A stretch of DNA of 64,000 bases from NCBI RefSeq assembly GCF_009914755.1, contig NC_060928.1. One strand, given 5' to 3'. Below, one piece after another: positions 1 through 27,683 of the stretch. Positions within the stretch are counted from its first letter, which is position 1, and every line of letters starts with the position of its first letter. This DNA is from the human T2T-CHM13v2.0 reference genome, Homo sapiens. The position numbers and the translations under genes are program-made. A model generated the notes under the pieces. It was not told the origin of the DNA and ran no database searches. It worked only from the letters and a program-made list of their open reading frames with translations.

Positions 1-378
1 GTCTGTAGAGAGAAAGAGACATCAGTCTCCCCTTTTTCCAGACACCCCCAAATTTTACAAGTGATTTTCTCAGATCCCTCAGCATCAGGAATGGGGATGA
101 GCAGGGCAGCCTTTCCCCTTCCCAACAGCCCAGCAGATATCCCAACATTACATCTCATTGGCTCTGACTAGGACATGAGCCCAAAGCTGACCAGTTGCTG
201 TAGCCATGGCATTCAGCATCCTCAGTCCTCTGGCCAGGCCAGAGCTACATCCCACCTCTGGATCCTCGGGTTGAGTCAATACATCTTGAACCAGACGTGG
301 ACTGAAGCTCAAGGGGGAGTCAGAGTAATGTGACCCAGTCCACCAGGGAGTGGGTGCTGAGCAGGCAAGCATTCATCA

Positions 379-1312
<934 letters not shown>

Positions 1313-1500
1313 ACTATATATACATATATATGTATATATAGACACACATATATACATGTATATGTATATATGTATATAGACACACATATATACATGTACA
1401 TGTATATATGTATATGTATATATGTATGTGTGTATATATACATGTATACGTGTATATATGTGTGTGTATATATATATGTATATATATAAAAAACACACAT
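1313..1500. repeat. (TA)/(CA)/(TG) compound microsatellite
   Basis: Degenerate alternating purine-pyrimidine tract; source of the YI/CV-rich ORFs in the track. Confidence 0.95.
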
Positions 1501-1862
1501 GCACAAATTCACCACCACCAACTCAGAAATTACCCTCTCCCTCTATTCTAAGGAATTATTTTTCATCTTGCCATCTCTGAAGTTGGAATACACCTTACAA
1601 TCACTGGAATGTCACGGTCTCCTTGGCAGCATTTTTCTGCTTAGTAGCCCATAACATAATAGCACATCTTGTAACTAACAATGTTGTAGATGCTATGAGA
1701 TCCTCGGGAAGCCCAGAATCTAACTCCACCCTGTCTGACTCCAAAGATCACATATTTCCTATGCCTTTGGACTGGGGCACAGATGTAGACAACTCGAGCT
1801 TTGCTGATTGTGAGAAAGGTATGAGAAACAGCCCTGATGGAATTTTCTTCTTGTACTTGCAG

Positions 1863-2486
1863 GGGAACAAAGCGGCATCATTCCATTATTCCAGGGGAGG
1901 TGCTAAATACAAGGGTGAGGCTGTCAAGCGGTCCCTGGTGGAGTCCTACATTCACCCAAACAGCAACGAGACAGAGCGGAGGGGAACATCGATACTGTCA
2001 TGAACTGGTTCACCTAGGAAGACTTTGACTTTGTGACTCTGTGCTACAGAGAGCCAGATAACGTGGGACATCGATTTGGGCCAGAGGCAGAGAACAGGAA
2101 GTTGATGATTCAGCAAATCGACAGGACCATCGGGTATCTGGTGGGAGCCACTGAGAAGCACAGCCTGCAGAGCACCTCAGCATCATCATCACATGAGACC
2201 ATGGGATGACCACCGTGAAGAAGAGACCCAATGTCAACAAGATCCCTTGTCCAACTACATCAAGTTCAGGAACTTGGTCAAGTTTGATATTGTGGGCTAC
2301 GGTGGCTTTGGGATGCCCCTACCCAAATTGGGGCAAGAGGAAACCCTTTACCAGGCACTGAAGAATGCATACCCTCACCTCCACATCTTCAAGAAGGAGG
2401 AGTTTCCAGAGCATTTCCATCTTGCTAAACATGACCAGGTTCTGCCAATCGTGATGTATGCCAACTCTGGTTACAGTATCAATGGG
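1863..2486 (+). pseudogene. ENPP7-like large internal exon (equivalent to ENPP7 exon 3)
   Basis: ttgtacttgcAG|GGGAAC...AATGGG|GTaagt; GNKAASFHY...HIFKKEEFPEHFH...MYANSGYSING, with frameshifts near 1980, 2177 and 2245. Confidence 0.9.
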
Positions 2487-2579
2487 GTAAGTTCATTCTA
2501 AAATGAATAAAGTCACCTTGGATCTAGGAGACAACCATTAGAGAAGGGTGGTTCTGCAAAAATCAAACATAAGTGCACA

Positions 2580-3376
<797 letters not shown>

Positions 3377-3800
3377 AAACACCAACTTCATTATTCAAAA
3401 CTGTGCATAGCTCTTCACTAAACATTGAATAGCAGTTCTTTCATTTTTGTCTTCCCAACAGCCCTATAAAATAGATGATCTTAGTTCCACCATTTTAAAG
3501 AAGAAATCAAAACCTAGAGAGAAGCGACTTGAGATTAAAAATTTAAGGTTGGGCTGGGTGCAGTGGCTCACACATGTAATCCCAGCACTTTAGAAGGCTA
3601 AGGTAGGTAGACTGCTTGAGCCCAGGAGTTTGAGACCAGTCTAGGCAACACAGTGAAACACCACCTCTACAAAAAATGCAAAAAAAGTAGCTGGGTGTAG
3701 TGGCACGTGCCTGTGGTCCCAGCAACTCAGGAGGCTGAGGTGGGAGAACTGCTTGAGCCCGGGGGTGTTGAGTCTGCAGTGAGCCATGATCACGCCACTG

Positions 3801-5560
3801 TGAGATAGGAGGCAGGACTTGACTCCACAGGCAGGGCTTGGACACCAGACCAAATTGAGGACTAGCTAAAACAGGGCTGGGGCAGAAGCAGCTTTCCATC
3901 AGACATGCCCACCAGTGTGCCATGTGAGTTTACTATTGCCAAGGCAACACCCAGGAGTTACTGCCCCTTTCCATGGCAATGACCCAATGACTCAAAAGTT
4001 ACTACCCATTTTCTAGAAATTCCTGCATAAACTGCCCTTTAATCTGCATGCAATTAAAAGTGGGTATAAATGTGATTGCAAACTCTCTGCCGCTGTTCTC
4101 TGCCTCCAGGGTAGCCCTGCCCTACAGGAGCAGTCACAGGGCTGTAATGCTGCCTCTTCAATAAAGCTGTCTTCTTCTATACCTCTGGCTTGCCCTTGAA
4201 TTCTTTCCTGGGTAAAGACAAGAACCCTCACGTACTTTTGAGAGGTGACAGCATGCTGGCAGCCCTCAAGCTCACTCTCGGCGCCTCCTCTGCTTTGGCT
4301 CCCACTTTGGCGGCACTTGAGGAGCCCTTCAGCCCGCCGCTGCACTGTGGGAGCCCCTTCCTGGGCTGGCCGAGGCTGGAGCCGGCTCCCTCAGCTTGTG
4401 GGGAGGTGCAGAGGGAGAGGCGCGGGCAGGAACCGGGGCTGGGCACGGCGCTTGTGGGCCAGCGCGAGTTCTGGGTAGGCATGGGCTCACTGGGCCCCGC
4501 ACTCGGAGTGGCCCGTTGGCCCTGCTGGACCCTGGCAGTGAGGGGCTTAGCACCTGGGCCAGCAGCTGCTTTGCTCAATTTCTCGCCGGGCTTTAGCTGC
4601 TTCCCTGTAGGCAGGGCTCGGGACATGCAGCCCGCCATGCCTGAGGCTCCCCCCAACCCGCCATGTGCTCCTGCGTGGCCTGAGCCTCCCCGATGAGTGC
4701 CGAGCCTCCCCCATGAGCACCGCCCCCTGCTCCAGGGCACCCAGTCCCATTGACCACCCAAGGGCTGAGGAGTGCCAGTGCAGGGCACAGGACTGGCAGG
4801 CAGCTCCACCTGCGGCCCCCGTGTGGGATCCACTTGGTGAGGCCAGCTGGGCTCCTGAGTCTGTTGGGGACTTTGAGAACCTTTATGTCTAGCTAAGGGA
4901 TTGTAAATACACCAATCGGCACACTGTATCTAGCTCATGGTTTGTAAACACACCAATCAGCACCCTGTGTCTAGCTCAGGGTTTGTGAACGCACCAGTCG
5001 ACACTCTGTATCTAGCTAATCTAGTAGGGACTTGGAGAACTTTTGTGTCTAGCTCAGGGATTGTAAATGCACCAATCAGCACCCTGTCAAAACAGACCAA
5101 TCAGCTCTCTGTAAAACAGACCAATCGGCTCTCTGTAAAATGGACCAATCAGCAGGATGTGGGTGGGGCCGTATAAGGGAATAAAAGCAGGCTGCCCCAG
5201 CCAGCAGTGGCAACCCACTGGGGTCCCTTTCCACACTGTGGAAGCTTTGTTCTTTTGCTGTTTGCAATAAATCTTGCTGCTGCTCACTCTTTGGGTCCAC
5301 ACTGCGTTTATGAGCTGTAACAGTCACTGCGAAGGTCTGCAGCTTCACTCCTGAAGCCAGCGAGACCACCAACCCACCAGAAGGAAGAAACTCTGAACAC
5401 ATCTGAGCATCAGAAGGAACAAACTCCGGACACGCCGCCTTTAAGAACTGTGACACTCACCGCGAGGGTCCGTGGCTTCATTCTTGAAGTCAGTGAGACC
5501 AAGAACCCACCAGTTCCAGACACACTATGCTCCATTTCGGGGCTCCCCTGCCCTGCGTCA
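3801..5560 (+). mobile_element. MER66-type ERV1 solo LTR split by LTR12 (pieces 3801-4238 and 5525-5560)
   Basis: TG...CA termini, perfect 4-bp TSD ACTG (3797-3800, 5561-5564), MER66-like 5' end TGAGATAGGAGGCAGGACTTGACTCC, AATAAA near 4160. Confidence 0.75.
4239..5524 (+). mobile_element. LTR12 (ERV9) solo LTR, C/D/E-type
   Basis: Starts TGAGAGGTGACAGCATGCTGGCAGCCCTC, ends GAACCCACCAGTTCCAGACACA; repeated CCAATCAGC and TCTAGCT units; AATAAAA at 5180; TSD CTTT/CTAT. Confidence 0.92.
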
Positions 5561-5739
5561 ACTGCACTCTGGCCTGGGTGGCAGAGAGAGAGACCCTATC
5601 TTAAAAAAAAGAAAGAAATGTAAGGTTAAGTGCTGCCCCCAAGCCTGAGTGGCCAATCATTATACAGAGTACACAAAGATCACCAAAAAAGTCACCACAG
5701 AAGCCCCCCGCCGCTGGTTCTCATTTGCCCATATCAAAA

Positions 5740-6590
<851 letters not shown>

Positions 6591-6602
6591 AGCAGCTTTA
6601 AG

Positions 6603-8997
<2,395 letters not shown>

Positions 8998-9154
8998 TGT
9001 TGCAATTGACATTACTTTATCATTTGAAAAGAGGCACAGACAAGAAAGGTATTTGGCATTTACCATGCAATTACCCAGAATCCTCATCCCATCCTACCCC
9101 CACCCTTCCCCTAAAAGTATATGTATATGTATTTATACCATAAAAAATACATCT

Positions 9155-9330
9155 ATTTGGCTCTGGAACCAGATTGCTTGGGTTCAATTACCTGATCTAG
9201 CATTTGCTCCTGATGACTCAGTGCAGAAAAGCTCTGTAACTCAGTTTCCCCAACTGTAAAATGGGGAATGGCACCTTTACTGGGCTGCCATGAGGGTAAA
9301 GGGGGTAACATATATTTATGAAGCATTCAG
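9155..9330 (+). mobile_element. MIR fragment
   Basis: TGGGTTCAA...CTCAGTTTCCCCAACTGTAAAATGGGG MIR core. Confidence 0.7.
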
Positions 9331-9553
9331 ATTATCATCATCTTGCTGTTTCCAATGGGTACGCTTTCTACATTCTCTTTCTTAAAGACCTTTAAATCCT
9401 CAGTATTCTCTCCACCACCACCGAGAGCAGTGTCCTTGTAGTTTAAATTCTCAAAGACTTCATGGATTCAACAAGCATGACATTAACTAAGGGACAGTTT
9501 TCTTTCAGCGGATTGGAACCTAAAATGGCTTTTTTATTGTTATTATTTTTCAG

Positions 9554-9789
9554 AGAATTATAATGTGTTTCAACAAAGGCAGCCGTGGCTTTGATAATGT
9601 CCTCATGGATATGAGACCATATTCAGAGCTTTCGGGCCAGATTTCAAGAGGAATCGCCTGGCCGAGCCTTTTAATGGCATCCACATCTACCCATTCATGT
9701 GTAAGCTCCTGGGAGTCACCCCCAAACCCACAACAGCTCCCTGGCAGTCACCCAGGAAATGCTCGTGAACTCCTATGTCCAGCAGCCAG
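9554..9789 (+). pseudogene. ENPP7-like exon (equivalent to ENPP7 exon 4)
   Basis: ttttttcAG|AGAATT...CCAG|GTgaga; RIIMCFNKGSRGFDNVLMDM/TIFRAFGPDFKRNRLAEPFNGIHIYPFMCKLLGVTP, with frameshifts. Confidence 0.88.
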
Positions 9790-10380
9790 GTGAGACACAA
9801 AAGCAGCTGCCAGAAAACTGTCAGCATAGTCTGCTCTGTCCTGAGATAGAAAAGAATCAAAAAGGGGTCTCATGGTGGGGAGGAGGGAATTCAAGCACAA
9901 CAATCCTGTTTCCCAGCAGCTTTGGAGCCCCAGGAACAAGATGCCAATAGCTCCAAACAGATAGCAGGGGAGGTAGGGAATCCCTCGACCTGCTGGTAAC
10001 ATTTTACATAGTGTCTTTTAGGCAAAGGGAAGGTGCTCTATAAAGTCAGGCTGTAATCCTTCCGGTCCTCAGGAAATCACTGTGTACAGTCTGCCCCCAA
10101 GATGCCCCTTCCAGATATGGAAATCAGCCCTCCTTCAATAGCACAGAAAGCTGTTCATAGGGGAGGAGAAAAACCCTGCTGTTCCCTCGATGCTGAAAAA
10201 AGGAGAGGGGAGAGTCTGAAATGAGACTGCAAATTCTCAAGACTTCAAACCCCTTCAATCTGGGTGATACAAAGGAAGAATAAAACCATCTCAGAATTTG
10301 CTGTTGCCTTCTTTTGTGTTTACAAACACTGGCTATCTTTCCTTATACCAGGAGAGACTTGGATACTGTCCAGTGATCTA

Positions 10381-10715
<335 letters not shown>

Positions 10716-11268
10716 AAAAGAGGGGAGGGCAGGGGTGATACACATCCTTTCTCTTCTTGTAAGCCACTGCCCATGATCTCCTTTCCAACCTACAGGAAGC
10801 AGTCCCTTTTGTGGAAAACTAATTAAATGAATGACTAATTCACCAAATTATGGAGGATTTTTCTGCTTTTTAAGTTTTGGAGTTTTTCTACAACTATTTT
10901 GTATCCCTTCCCCTGTCCCACATCCCATTGGGAGCCTGGGATAAGCTGCGTCCGACTGTCAGTTACTGATAAGCAGGACATCCCACAAACAGATTTTCAG
11001 TGAATTGGCTTTCAGCAAATTGATCACTTGGCAAATTGTTCATTAGGCAAATGGGTCATTTAGTGAAAAGGTCATTTAGTAAATCGGCTTTCAACGACTT
11101 GCCCTATGAGATTTCTCTAGAGTGAGCATTTTCTTGGGTTAAATGTACATTTCATTTCCATAATGAATACTCACTGGCGGCTAGATGGGAAACTTCCCAG
11201 GGAACCAGGAGCAACCAGAACAACCTCTTAAAAATCAGGCAATTAAAAACCCTCTGGTTTCTTAACAG

Positions 11269-11396
11269 GAGCGGAGGTACAGATGGCATCTGCTCTGCAA
11301 GGTGCAGTGATCGGGTTCAGCATTGTCACAGGAGCTCTTGCGGTTCTGTTTGTTGCTAGTGTGACATACACAGCCATTCATCGGAAAAAGGACTGA
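11269..11396 (+). pseudogene. Putative terminal coding exon of the ENPP7-like gene, encoding a transmembrane helix and short basic tail
   Basis: ggtttcttaacAG acceptor; phase 1 matches the 9789 donor; open frame GAEVQMASALQGAVIGFSIVTGALAVLFVASVTYTAIHRKKD*. Confidence 0.7.
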
Positions 11397-11614
11397 GTGG
11401 GCTTTGGGTCTCCTGTAGTTGATCATTCATATGATAACCCATGACAACTCCTTGCCACATGCCACAGGAGGTCCAGCACTCCAAGAACCCAGCAGCCAGG
11501 GCCAGCTTCATGGGTTTGCAACCTGGACAGTCCCACAGGGACACAGAAGAGTCCCCACTGTGGTTTAATAATCTGCCATCACCATCTTGAAATTCTTTAT
11601 TTTTTAACAAGGGT

Positions 11615-14556
<2,942 letters not shown>

Positions 14557-15779
14557 TCAATCCGCTTCCAATCTATGGAATCAGGAAAGACTGAACCAAC
14601 CTAGATTTATTAATATTTTAGTATAACATAATACAGTGTTACTTACTATGGCATTGACCGTATATACCCTTTTGCTCCTTGGAAGAAAGGCAATTAATAG
14701 CTATTATGTGAGTTAGTAAAATAAGCCCAGGTTTTATGAGTGTAACTAACCTGTTCCCATTGGTTTTCCTTGTCTCCTGCAGGCAGAGAGCTGATCAAAA
14801 CAGCAAAAGCAAAGCAGTGCCCCTGGCCCAGTTCTGAAGCCAACCTTCCTTAACCACGCAGACCCATCCCTGGTTAGGACTTGCTGTGGATTCTCAGGTG
14901 ACTCCATCTCAGGATACAGGGACTGAGAGGGTATATGCAATATCTCAGACCCAGAAACCGTTGATTCTGTCTAAAAACACAGCAATAACCACATCCCACC
15001 CTCTTGATTTAAATGAAAGTGTTTGGGAGAATAAAAGATGAACCTTTTTTTTCTTTGTCAGATCTTGCGCTCATTTGGTTCTGGTGGGGAACAACAGCTA
15101 TGAGAGAACAAGTGTATTCAATTAGAATTAATTCCCCTCTCTTATTCTCATAGCTGAGCAGGGCTCAAGTGCCTCTCATCTGAAAGAGGTAATAAGATTT
15201 AATCTGTCTCCTCATCTACCTTCTGCAAGTATACTCAACAAATTAGCTCTCTGGACTCTTCCAAATGGAGTTTTATGAGGCATTTGCTAAGGTAAACGTT
15301 TTAGACTTTGAACACAGTTCAGATTTCAGGGGCAGTACTGAAATATGAACTGTGTTGCTAACTGCCCTGCCTTTCAACTCAAGATGCAATAACTTTGAAC
15401 TAAAATAATTATATTTTTGTTGTTTTCCACTCTGTCCCCAAGTCTATATCACCACCACCGCTAATCCCACCCCGCAGGAGCTAACTCCTCCTTCCTGTCC
15501 CTGCAAGATCAAAACTCCTCCTGGAAGCCCCGCTAGCTCTGTCTGCTCACCTTCATGGCAGATATCGCTATTGTACTTTTATATTCATTTGTATCATAAG
15601 TACTTCAATGTCCACTTCTTCCACGAGCCCCTGAGACCCTGGAGGGTCTGGACCACACCTAGTTTTTCTCACTGTTACATCTGCCTTGCCAGGCGCATGG
15701 TAGGCGCTTAGTAAGTATTTGGTGAACGAATGGCTTGTTTGGTGACAGTCCAAAGGCTGGGGGACAGAGGGAAAGCTCC

Positions 15780-16454
15780 CTCCTGTCGGGCCCCAGACGG
15801 GTGGCGCTGATGGAGAGGCGGCTGGGATAAGGCCTCCAGGACCGAAGCGCGCACCCATAAGGCCCCTGCCAAAAAGACCTTCCTGAAGGCGGAGGAACTG
15901 CGAGAGTGTCTACTTTGGCCCAAGGCCTGACTCGACGATCCCAGGGACCCTTGCCCTAACCGGCCCCGCCTCCCGGGCCCCAAACCCGTACTCGGCCCCG
16001 CCCAAAGCTCCGGCTCCTAGGGCCCGCCCCTGGCCCCGCCTCGGCCGACCATGGCCTTGCTCCTGGGCCTGCCTCAAACCCTCCGCAGGTAACGCCTCCC
16101 GAACGTGAGCCACACTCCGATCCCCTCCTCAAACCCCTCCCCGTTTCCCACACCCTGGACCCCTCGCTCCGTCTCGGCCCCTGAGCCCAGCCCCGACCCA
16201 CCTCCCAGTCCCTGGGTTCCTCCCGACACCGGCGCCTCCCTAAGCTCCGCCTCCCAGGGCCCGAGCAGCGCCTGGCCATACTCCCATGGCCCGCCTCCTG
16301 AGCGTAGCCCGCAGCCCAGACTCGGACCCGCCTCCCGGACCCTGGGCCCCTCCCCACGTCGGCCCGCCCTAAGCTCTGCCTCCCAGAGTCCGAGCACCGC
16401 CTGGTCATGTGCTACGACATAGTCAACGCCCCGCCCCGGCCCCGCCTCCTGAGC
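15780..16454. promoter_or_regulatory. GC/CpG-rich promoter region of the FAM86 duplicate
   Basis: High GC with many CpGs and CCCCGCCC/CCGCCTCC GC boxes; internal duplicated unit (CCCTAAGCTC..GCCTCCCAG..CCGAGCA..GCCTGG); lies about 1.1 kb upstream of FAM86 exon 2. Confidence 0.7.
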
Positions 16455-17100
16455 CCTTCTCTGTGCTATTGTTTTCTTCTTAATAAAATGGGGGATATAA
16501 TGATAGCTACCTCTTAGGGTTGTTGTCAGAGTTGAGTACAAAAGCCTGTGGATCAGTGCCTGGCTCATGGTAAATGCATGTCGGTGTTAGCTACTGTTTT
16601 TATTCGGTCTGAAAATGTTTAATAAATGCCTTTCGTGAGCCCGGCACCATGGATCAGCAGTACCCATGACAGATGAGGCTCTGCTTGCATGGGAGAGCCA
16701 GAGAACAAACAAATAAATGAATAAACAAGAAAAGACCAGATGAGAGTAGCTTTAAAGCCAATAAAACAGGGAAATGGTGAATGGAGTAACTGGGGAGAAG
16801 AGTCACCAAAGTCGGGGAATCAGGGAAGCCTTCCCCAAAGAGGTGGCATTTGAACTGGGGCCTGAGTGGTGAAGCAGCTAGCCATGGGAAGGGCTTGGGG
16901 AACAGGATATGCAAAGTCCCTGTGGTGGAAACAAGCCAGCTGTGGTTGAGGAACAACAGCAAGGCAGCCAGTGTGGCTGGAGTGGAGTGAGCAGGGTGGG
17001 CAAGAGGTGAGGGAGAACAGGCCAGAGAGAGGGATTAGGACCAGGTCTTGTAGGGCCTTTTACGGCATGGAAGGAGCTCTGAAGCAATGAAGTGCCTTGC
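16455..17100. mobile_element. MIR followed by an L2 fragment
   Basis: TAAAATGGGGGATATAATGATAGCTACCTC..AGGGTTGTTG (MIR); CAGGGAAGCCTTCCCCAAAGAGGTGGCATTTGAACTG (L2). Confidence 0.65.
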
Positions 17101-18522
17101 CCCGTGTCACATACCAGCCGAGACAGTCTGCCTAACTCGGGAGCCAAAGCTCGCTGCTGGGCTTGAGGCCCCTGTAAGAGGACAATGTAACCCAGGCTGG
17201 TATGGGCACATTCTGCATTTCCACTTAAACTCAGATGGCAAACCCATCAAACCTTGGTGCCATGGCTGCCCTGGTAATTCCTGGCTGACCAGTGTAACCA
17301 GGGAGCTGGCCCATGACCTGGGTGGCAGCTAAGTAGCCAAGACTAATGTGGCCAAGAGTCAGCCTTCTAGCCTTCTTCCTGTGACTCACCCAGGTGCACC
17401 TGCAACATTTGAAGGTCAGGCTTTCAGCTGCTGTGGCTTCCACTTCCAACTGGCTCCACGTCCCCAAGGAGAGATCACATAGCGCTTTGCCAACACATTC
17501 TACTGCACGTTTAATGTTCCTGTGAATGCACCCTTGAGATTTCTCTCTCTTCCCTCCACATAGAGCTTAGAAGCAAAGTTAAGAGACTCATCAGATTCTG
17601 AGCTTCTGTGGGATATTTTGCAGAAGGTAAGAGTCCCAGAGTCCCTGGGACTCATGACCCTGCCTCCTGAATCTCTCCGGAAGACCTGAGAGAAGAACCA
17701 CAGATGTGCTTGTACCCTTTAAAAACACCCCTGTTCAAAGAACAAAAACATTGAGTCAGCACTGCAGGTGGGTGTCAGCACCTCCGATAGCTCCAGCACT
17801 TTTGTTTTCTATCTAAGACTTAGACAAAGACATCAGTATATACAAAAATCTGCATAAGAGGGGGGAATCTAGGGAATGTTTTTTAAACCATCCACAGCAG
17901 AAACAGAGATGACAGGTGCAAAACAGCTTCTAGCATTTGGTAGATGCTCAGAGAGTTTCTTTTTTCATTTATGAGGCCTGTCCTGCCCACTCCTGTCTAT
18001 TCTAGACCTAAATGGCCCCTTGCTTTGCCCAGGGTGGGGTTTGCACTCAAGTGCATCTGCATGAAGGTGAGAGGCAGGATCACCACCCGGCCCAGCCACA
18101 GCCTGACCTTGGCCTTGAGGGCCAAGTGCAGATCACCCTGCATCCTGGGTCTTCACCTTCAAAGGGCCATGAGCCCTTCAGAAAAGACAAAGCAACAGAC
18201 TCCCTCCCAGAAAGAAGTGCACCAGAAGAATACGTTTTCCATACAAACTCAGGGGAGGCAGACATCCTCCACCCCCACCCACCCAGCCCATCCTAGGAGC
18301 CCCAGTGAAGAATTCCTGTGCTAGAGGTGAACCAAGATTATCCACGTGGAAAAGATGCAGCCACAGCAGGGAAGACTTTCAGGGCAATACAGTAGGACAG
18401 GGCTTCAAGCAGGGAGATACCTGAAGTTATCTTGCACCCTACTCTGAGTTTCACCCTGAGCCTCACTCTCGTAGGTGGTGAAGCATGAAATGTAGGGAGA
18501 GCTGCTTTAAAATCCAGCAAAA

Positions 18523-27017
<8,495 letters not shown>

Positions 27018-27683
27018 GGCTTTCTAAGCTTTGTGAAGAGTGGGTTGACTGAGCAGCCAGGTAGATGTGGGTTCAGATCTCTGCTTCTGTCCCGCTGTGC
27101 CAAGTGCTAGGATGGACGCAGGCAGAGAGTGGACAGCAGCACGGTGCCTGCTGCTAGCCATTTCTATGCAAAACCAGATTTCTTGTCCCATCCTGGAGGC
27201 CAATTCTAGGCACCTGGGTGGGCCTGGGAACCTGTGAACCAAGTAAACTGACTTGGACACCCCCCACCCCGCCAGGCCTGTCCTAGCAGCCCCACACAAA
27301 ATGCTCATGTCCTGTCCCCAAACACCGCCATCCTCAAACACGTGTTCTGTTTCCAGGCCGGGCCAGGATCACATGGGAAGCGGAAGCTCATCATGACCAG
27401 AAACTGTTTCCCTAAGGAGAGCACTTGGAGATGGCAATGCTGAACCTCACACTGTAGGACTCACACACGACTCCAACAGGATCGTGAGAATCAAGTCACT
27501 CTCGTGGGAAGAATTTTTATATGGGAAAGCGGATAAAACTTTCATTGGACTGGAATGTTTGGAGAGTGTTAATTTCCAAATCAGGAACCACAAAGTGCCC
27601 TCTAATAAGACATCGGCTATCTAAGCGTGTGGGTGCCCCCTTTCTGCCAGCAGTTCTGGTTCTTAAGAAAATCACCATAAATC

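Larger units (their letters stand above)
3551..5617 (+). mobile_element. AluJ-like element split by an LTR insertion (pieces 3551-3800 and 5561-5617)
   Basis: Alu stops at ...CACGCCACTG (3800) and resumes as ACTGCACTCTGGCCTGGG at 5561. Confidence 0.85.

Noticed and set aside
4190-4892. Overlapping ORFs of up to 201 aa
   Set aside because: Inside the GC-rich U3 region of LTR12.
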